Shown: positions 9,164 through 12,662 of the stretch, piece after piece
Layout: each line of letters opens with the position of its first letter
How positions within the stretch are numbered: the stretch's first letter is position 1
UHGV virus genome: UHGV-0336296
DNA from: a virus
Reading direction: 5' to 3' (one strand)
DNA length: 12,662 nucleotides
Position numbers and translations under genes: made by a program
The notes under the pieces: generated by a model
The model's input: the letters and a program-made list of their open reading frames with translations, nothing else
The model's database searches: none
What the model was told of the DNA's origin: nothing

Positions 9164-10912
9164 TTATAGGCAAGAAATTGCGTGTCTTACTGTATTGTTT
9201 AAATCATATATCGCGCCATATTTAAAACTTTCTTGCTTACCTATGAAATAAATGTCAAGTTTTTGATTGAGGTATATAAGGCGCTGCTTTTCATTTGTGG
9301 CAAACTGAGATATGTTACTAATTCTATAATTACTTCTTAAAAAAGCGTTGAATTGCTCTATATCTTTAATGCTCCATTCTTTTAAAATGCACTTGGTCAA
9401 AAATGGTGCGCCAAGTACTTCTAGCGTTTTATAGTTTCCCATGGGATCTAATTTGAGTAATAAGTTAACATCAAATAAAGCCCAACCATCAGTTTCAATA
9501 ATTTCCTTAATTGCCTTTAAGTTTTTTCTCTTTTCAATATTATTATGACGGCCTGATAATATTGAAAATATAAGTTTCCCATCATCAAAGCCACTAGTCC
9601 AACTACTGATTGGATTGTTGTTATGAAATTCAAAGTAAGTAATAATGTCCTCGTCACTAAATTCGAGTGATTTAGAACTCATGAACTGCAATGTTAGTAA
9701 TGATGATTTTGGAAGATATTTATGATAAGTCAAATATTCATAGTTCTGAACCGCCCTAAGCCATTGGTGCAAATCACATGGTATTGTTCTAGAAATTAAA
9801 CCAATAATCGTGGGGAAAAATTCTTTTTCATCTGTCTCCTGTAGTTCTGGTCGAGTTGAAACTGCAATATCAATTGTACTTAAAGGTGTTGGCACATAAA
9901 AAACATCGTCCAATATATCATAAAGAGAAACATGACCACTGTAGTAATTTTTAAGGTGAATATTAATTTTATAATTGTGTAATGTAGACAAAAGTCTCGG
10001 TTCATGTGGATTTTCATCGCTGCTGGAATTTTGGGGTGGGATATGCTGGATGCTGTCAATGATCAGTTCGTCCATGGATTTGTTATGGATAAATAACAAG
10101 ATAAAATATGACAAAATTGAGCTTAGTATGGTTTTAGAGGCGATTTTCCACTCTAGTTCAGGGTGGTTTTCTGCGTGTAAATATAATGGAAGTGCAGTAT
10201 TTAAACACCTCATTAAAATTCTTATGTTAACTATGTTATGGTATGATATTATTTCTTCGAAAATCATTTTGTCTTCAGTGGGGAAGTACTGTAGTTTTTC
10301 TTCAATTATTCTCATATCTAATATGTCGCGAGGGTTTGGGTTGTAATGAAGTGAATCAGAAATAATTTTTTCTTTATGTTCTAATGACAGGTGGGATTCG
10401 GCAGATGTATTAGATATAACAATAAAATCCAAACTAGAGATTTTTGAGGTTGAATATAACGAATGACAATAAGTTAGTATTTCATTGGCCAGTGAGGGAG
10501 TGCTTAATCGCTCAATGTCATCTAATATAAATATGCCACTGAGTTTGGAGAGTATGTTCTCTCTTACACTTGAACCAATGGAACTGAACACACCATTAAG
10601 CACATTGGCACTAGCGGGAGAACCACTGCTTACACTACCCAAACCAGAAATAGTATCTAACCCAGACTTAAGAGTGTCTATATCTTGAAGATAGTAGCAG
10701 TCAATAATCTTTGCTTTGAAATCTGCAAGAGACTTAACGCCTAGTAATGAAATATAATAAAACACATTAAGATCATAAAAACGAGGAAATACATTTTTAA
10801 TAAAAAAAGTTTTACCTGTTCCCCATTTTCCATCAATAAAAATAAGTCCATCTCTTTCGGATTGTAGAAGATGAACTATTTTTACAATCAAATTGCTATT
10901 AGAGTTTTCCAT
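9164..10912 (-). CDS. KAP-family P-loop NTPase (PifA-like); candidate abortive infection / anti-phage protein
   Basis: 582 aa. Walker A GKWGTGKT (the GxWGxGK[ST] form typical of KAP NTPases) near the N-terminus. Walker B-like IFILDDIERL (hhhhDD-DR). Very AT-rich single-gene insert between GC-rich neighbours. Confidence 0.7.
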   Translation of the reverse strand: MENSNSNLIVKIVHLLQSERDGLIFIDGKWGTGKTFFIKNVFPRFYDLNVFYYISLLGVKSLADFKAKIIDCYYLQDIDTLKSGLDTISGLGSVSSGSPASANVLNGVFSSIGSSVRENILSKLSGIFILDDIERLSTPSLANEILTYCHSLYSTSKISSLDFIVISNTSAESHLSLEHKEKIISDSLHYNPNPRDILDMRIIEEKLQYFPTEDKMIFEEIISYHNIVNIRILMRCLNTALPLYLHAENHPELEWKIASKTILSSILSYFILLFIHNKSMDELIIDSIQHIPPQNSSSDENPHEPRLLSTLHNYKINIHLKNYYSGHVSLYDILDDVFYVPTPLSTIDIAVSTRPELQETDEKEFFPTIIGLISRTIPCDLHQWLRAVQNYEYLTYHKYLPKSSLLTLQFMSSKSLEFSDEDIITYFEFHNNNPISSWTSGFDDGKLIFSILSGRHNNIEKRKNLKAIKEIIETDGWALFDVNLLLKLDPMGNYKTLEVLGAPFLTKCILKEWSIKDIEQFNAFLRSNYRISNISQFATNEKQRLIYLNQKLDIYFIGKQESFKYGAIYDLNNTVRHAISCL

Positions 10913-10989
10913 TATAATTGTTATCCTAATTTAAAGAGGTGTAAATAAAGCATGAAATAGTATAATGCTAATTTGAGGTAAAAACATTA

Positions 10990-11580
10990 TTATTCAATTG
11001 AAACAATAAGATATTCACCTTGATTTTTCGCATTACCCATCGCTCGCGTAACTGCATGCCAGATAAACTTGTCAGCTTGCACGGCACCGTAGTCGGTAAT
11101 CGCTTCTGCTTCCTTGCCTCGGCGTCTTGGCGCATCCCATTCCCGGGCTGCCTCCGGTGACAATACAAGTGGCTGTCGGTCGTGTATATCAACCAAGCCT
11201 TCATCGGCCGCAGACGTCACTATTAAAAAACCTTCGGCCTCGTCACTACGTTCGAAGGGGCGCTGCCGATTGCCGCCATGAATATTGGCTACCCATCAGT
11301 TCGGTGAATGAAGTAGGGTTGTTTTTTTGCTATCTTCGGTCTTGTCGAGTAGGGCACCGAAGTTACCTTCAACGCCCCCTCTAAGAACCGTGCGTGAGAG
11401 TTTCCAGCTCACACGGCTCAAGCCTTATCAAACACCACTGTGAAATGATGCGGCAGGTGCAGTCAGACGCGTGGTTCGGGATCGGATATAATCTGTCCAA
11501 TCCGTGTCATATGGATTAAGTGCAGATGCGACGAGTCTGTGACGGACAATTTTGACGCTCTGAGCGTGAACCAGCCTCAG
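10990..11580 (-). pseudogene. Decayed yedK-like SRAP (SOS response-associated peptidase, DUF159) gene
   Basis: C-terminal frame reads LVDIHDRQPLVLSPEAAREW...NAKNQGE, matching the SRAP C-terminal region. Upstream sequence continues the match (PIFMAAIGS, PFERSDEAEGFLIV) only across a 1-nt frameshift and an in-frame TAG. No intact ORF longer than 78 aa. N-terminal boundary is uncertain. Confidence 0.55.
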
Positions 11581-11631
11581 TATTGTAACTTTCCCCGTAT
11601 CAGTGTCCCGATAAAGACCTGACACCCCATT

Positions 11632-12465
11632 TTACTGCTGCCACCAAGCATATAGATCTAGACCTTTGGTAATTACACCTAAGAAAATCCCTAAAACTAT
11701 TAATCCAGTCACTAATGGGTGTTCTTTGAGCCTCATCGTTAACCAATATGGATGCCAGCTTCTTGGCCAAAACCATTTATTGTTAGTTTTGAGAGTACGA
11801 TCATGAATCCGCTCAGCAATATTACAGAGTATGTCGACCTTTCGTAATGTAGACATTTCTAGCTCTCTATACTTACCTTTGACATATGCCTCGGCTTCCT
11901 CAGCGCCGGCTAAGACATCTTTATCAGCGATACCATTTTTTTCAACAAGAGCTAACATTCTACCTGCACGGCCACTTTTGGCGGTATGCCCAATATAGCT
12001 TCGTCCATATATAGAAACGGCAGCTCTCGCTAAATCGAGTTTTCTGTCATCAGTAAGTATAAAGGGCTCGCCACCTAGGACTGAAAATCTATGCTGTAAG
12101 GCCTGAAATCCGTAATTGTTATCTCGCATGTTCCAATGCAGAAATGTGCATTGTGCGTATCTTTTCAGGAATGTAAAGTAGTTATCTAATAGATGATGCT
12201 CAAGGATATCGAGATTTTTTTCATCTGAAACATCAAGACCTAATAATTCTGCGGATCTATTAAGAGCCCAATGATCTGTTTGCCCACTGCCTAAATTTCT
12301 GACAGCAATAGAGGTGATCCTTGTGGATTTACCGCCCACAGCATCATAAAAAGATTCACATGAATAATGGACAACGTAGCATTGATGCGCATTTGCAAAA
12401 CATTTTTCGATAAAACCAATGTACTCGCTGCGATCTCTAATCTGTTGTTTGATGGAAGATGACAT
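11632..12465 (-). CDS. Hypothetical protein with a C-terminal transmembrane anchor; function unknown
   Basis: 277 aa. ATG at 12465 preceded by a GAGGT RBS. C-terminal hydrophobic helix LVTGLIVLGIFLGVITKGL. AT-rich compared with the phage and umuDC parts. No family recognised. Confidence 0.6.
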   Translation of the reverse strand: MSSSIKQQIRDRSEYIGFIEKCFANAHQCYVVHYSCESFYDAVGGKSTRITSIAVRNLGSGQTDHWALNRSAELLGLDVSDEKNLDILEHHLLDNYFTFLKRYAQCTFLHWNMRDNNYGFQALQHRFSVLGGEPFILTDDRKLDLARAAVSIYGRSYIGHTAKSGRAGRMLALVEKNGIADKDVLAGAEEAEAYVKGKYRELEMSTLRKVDILCNIAERIHDRTLKTNNKWFWPRSWHPYWLTMRLKEHPLVTGLIVLGIFLGVITKGLDLYAWWQQ

Positions 12466-12480
12466 CAGTGAACCTCATGC

Positions 12481-12510
12481 AAAAAAAAACCCGCAAAGTG
12501 CGGGCTTTTT
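12481..12510 (-). terminator. Rho-independent terminator (bidirectional hairpin, stronger on the - strand)
   Basis: 6 bp GC-rich stem cccgca/tgcggg with a 3 nt loop at 12490-12504. Followed by T9 on the - strand (12481-12489) and T5 on the + strand (12506-12510). Confidence 0.65.
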
Positions 12511-12637
12511 AAATCACTCAGGAGCCGCGGCTCCTTTGCGTATCCTTTTTTGTCTCCTCACCGTCTGGTCGGTGTCCTGCTGAGACTGCTAACTTCCTGT
12601 TTTTGTTGGTGTTGTCCTTACACCGTCCAATCATGAT

Positions 12638-12662
12638 TGGTGGAGCTGGCGGGAGTTGAACC
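12638..12662 (-). ncRNA. ssrA: 3' terminal fragment of tmRNA (ssrA) tRNA-like domain, or a duplicated att copy of it; gene body would lie beyond the window end
   Basis: - strand reads GGTTCAACTCCCGCC-AGCTCC-A-CCA: T-loop TTCAACT, T-stem CCCGC, acceptor 3' strand CAGCTCC, discriminator A, CCA. This matches the tmRNA 3' end as recalled. Only 25 nt are visible. Confidence 0.55.

Noticed and set aside
9975-10346. 123 aa ORF on the + strand
   Set aside because: Antisense within the KAP NTPase gene. Low-complexity, AT-driven frame with no independent support.
11428-11625. 65 aa ORF on the - strand (and the 76-78 aa ORFs at 10968-11220)
   Set aside because: These are frame fragments of the decayed yedK-like pseudogene, not independent genes.
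1-12662. CRISPR array, IS element, transposase or integrase
   Set aside because: No regularly spaced direct repeats, no terminal inverted repeats flanking a transposase-like ORF, and no tyrosine integrase motifs. The only recombinase is the serine invertase.

Overview
This window is a mosaic accessory region of an enterobacterial chromosome with three parts. (1) Positions 1-7242 carry a Mu/e14-like phage tail module on the + strand: a tightly coupled baseplate operon, a tail fibre gene, a tail fibre assembly gene, and a Pin-family serine invertase. The invertase sits beside a roughly 1.97 kb invertible host-range segment that holds a silent alternative fibre/assembly cassette on the - strand; both crossover sites are identifiable. 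(2) Positions 7311-9040 carry an SOS-regulated umuD-umuC operon with a perfect LexA box. (3) Positions 9041-12662 are a low-GC island on the - strand: a PifA-like KAP-family P-loop NTPase of 582 aa, a decayed yedK/SRAP-like pseudogene, and an unrecognised 277 aa membrane-anchored protein. The island ends at a strong terminator and what reads as the 3' end of tmRNA (ssrA), a classic island integration site. The KAP NTPase, alone or with the 277 aa protein, is the best candidate for an undescribed anti-phage (abortive infection) function. All homology calls rest on recalled motifs and synteny; no database search was run.
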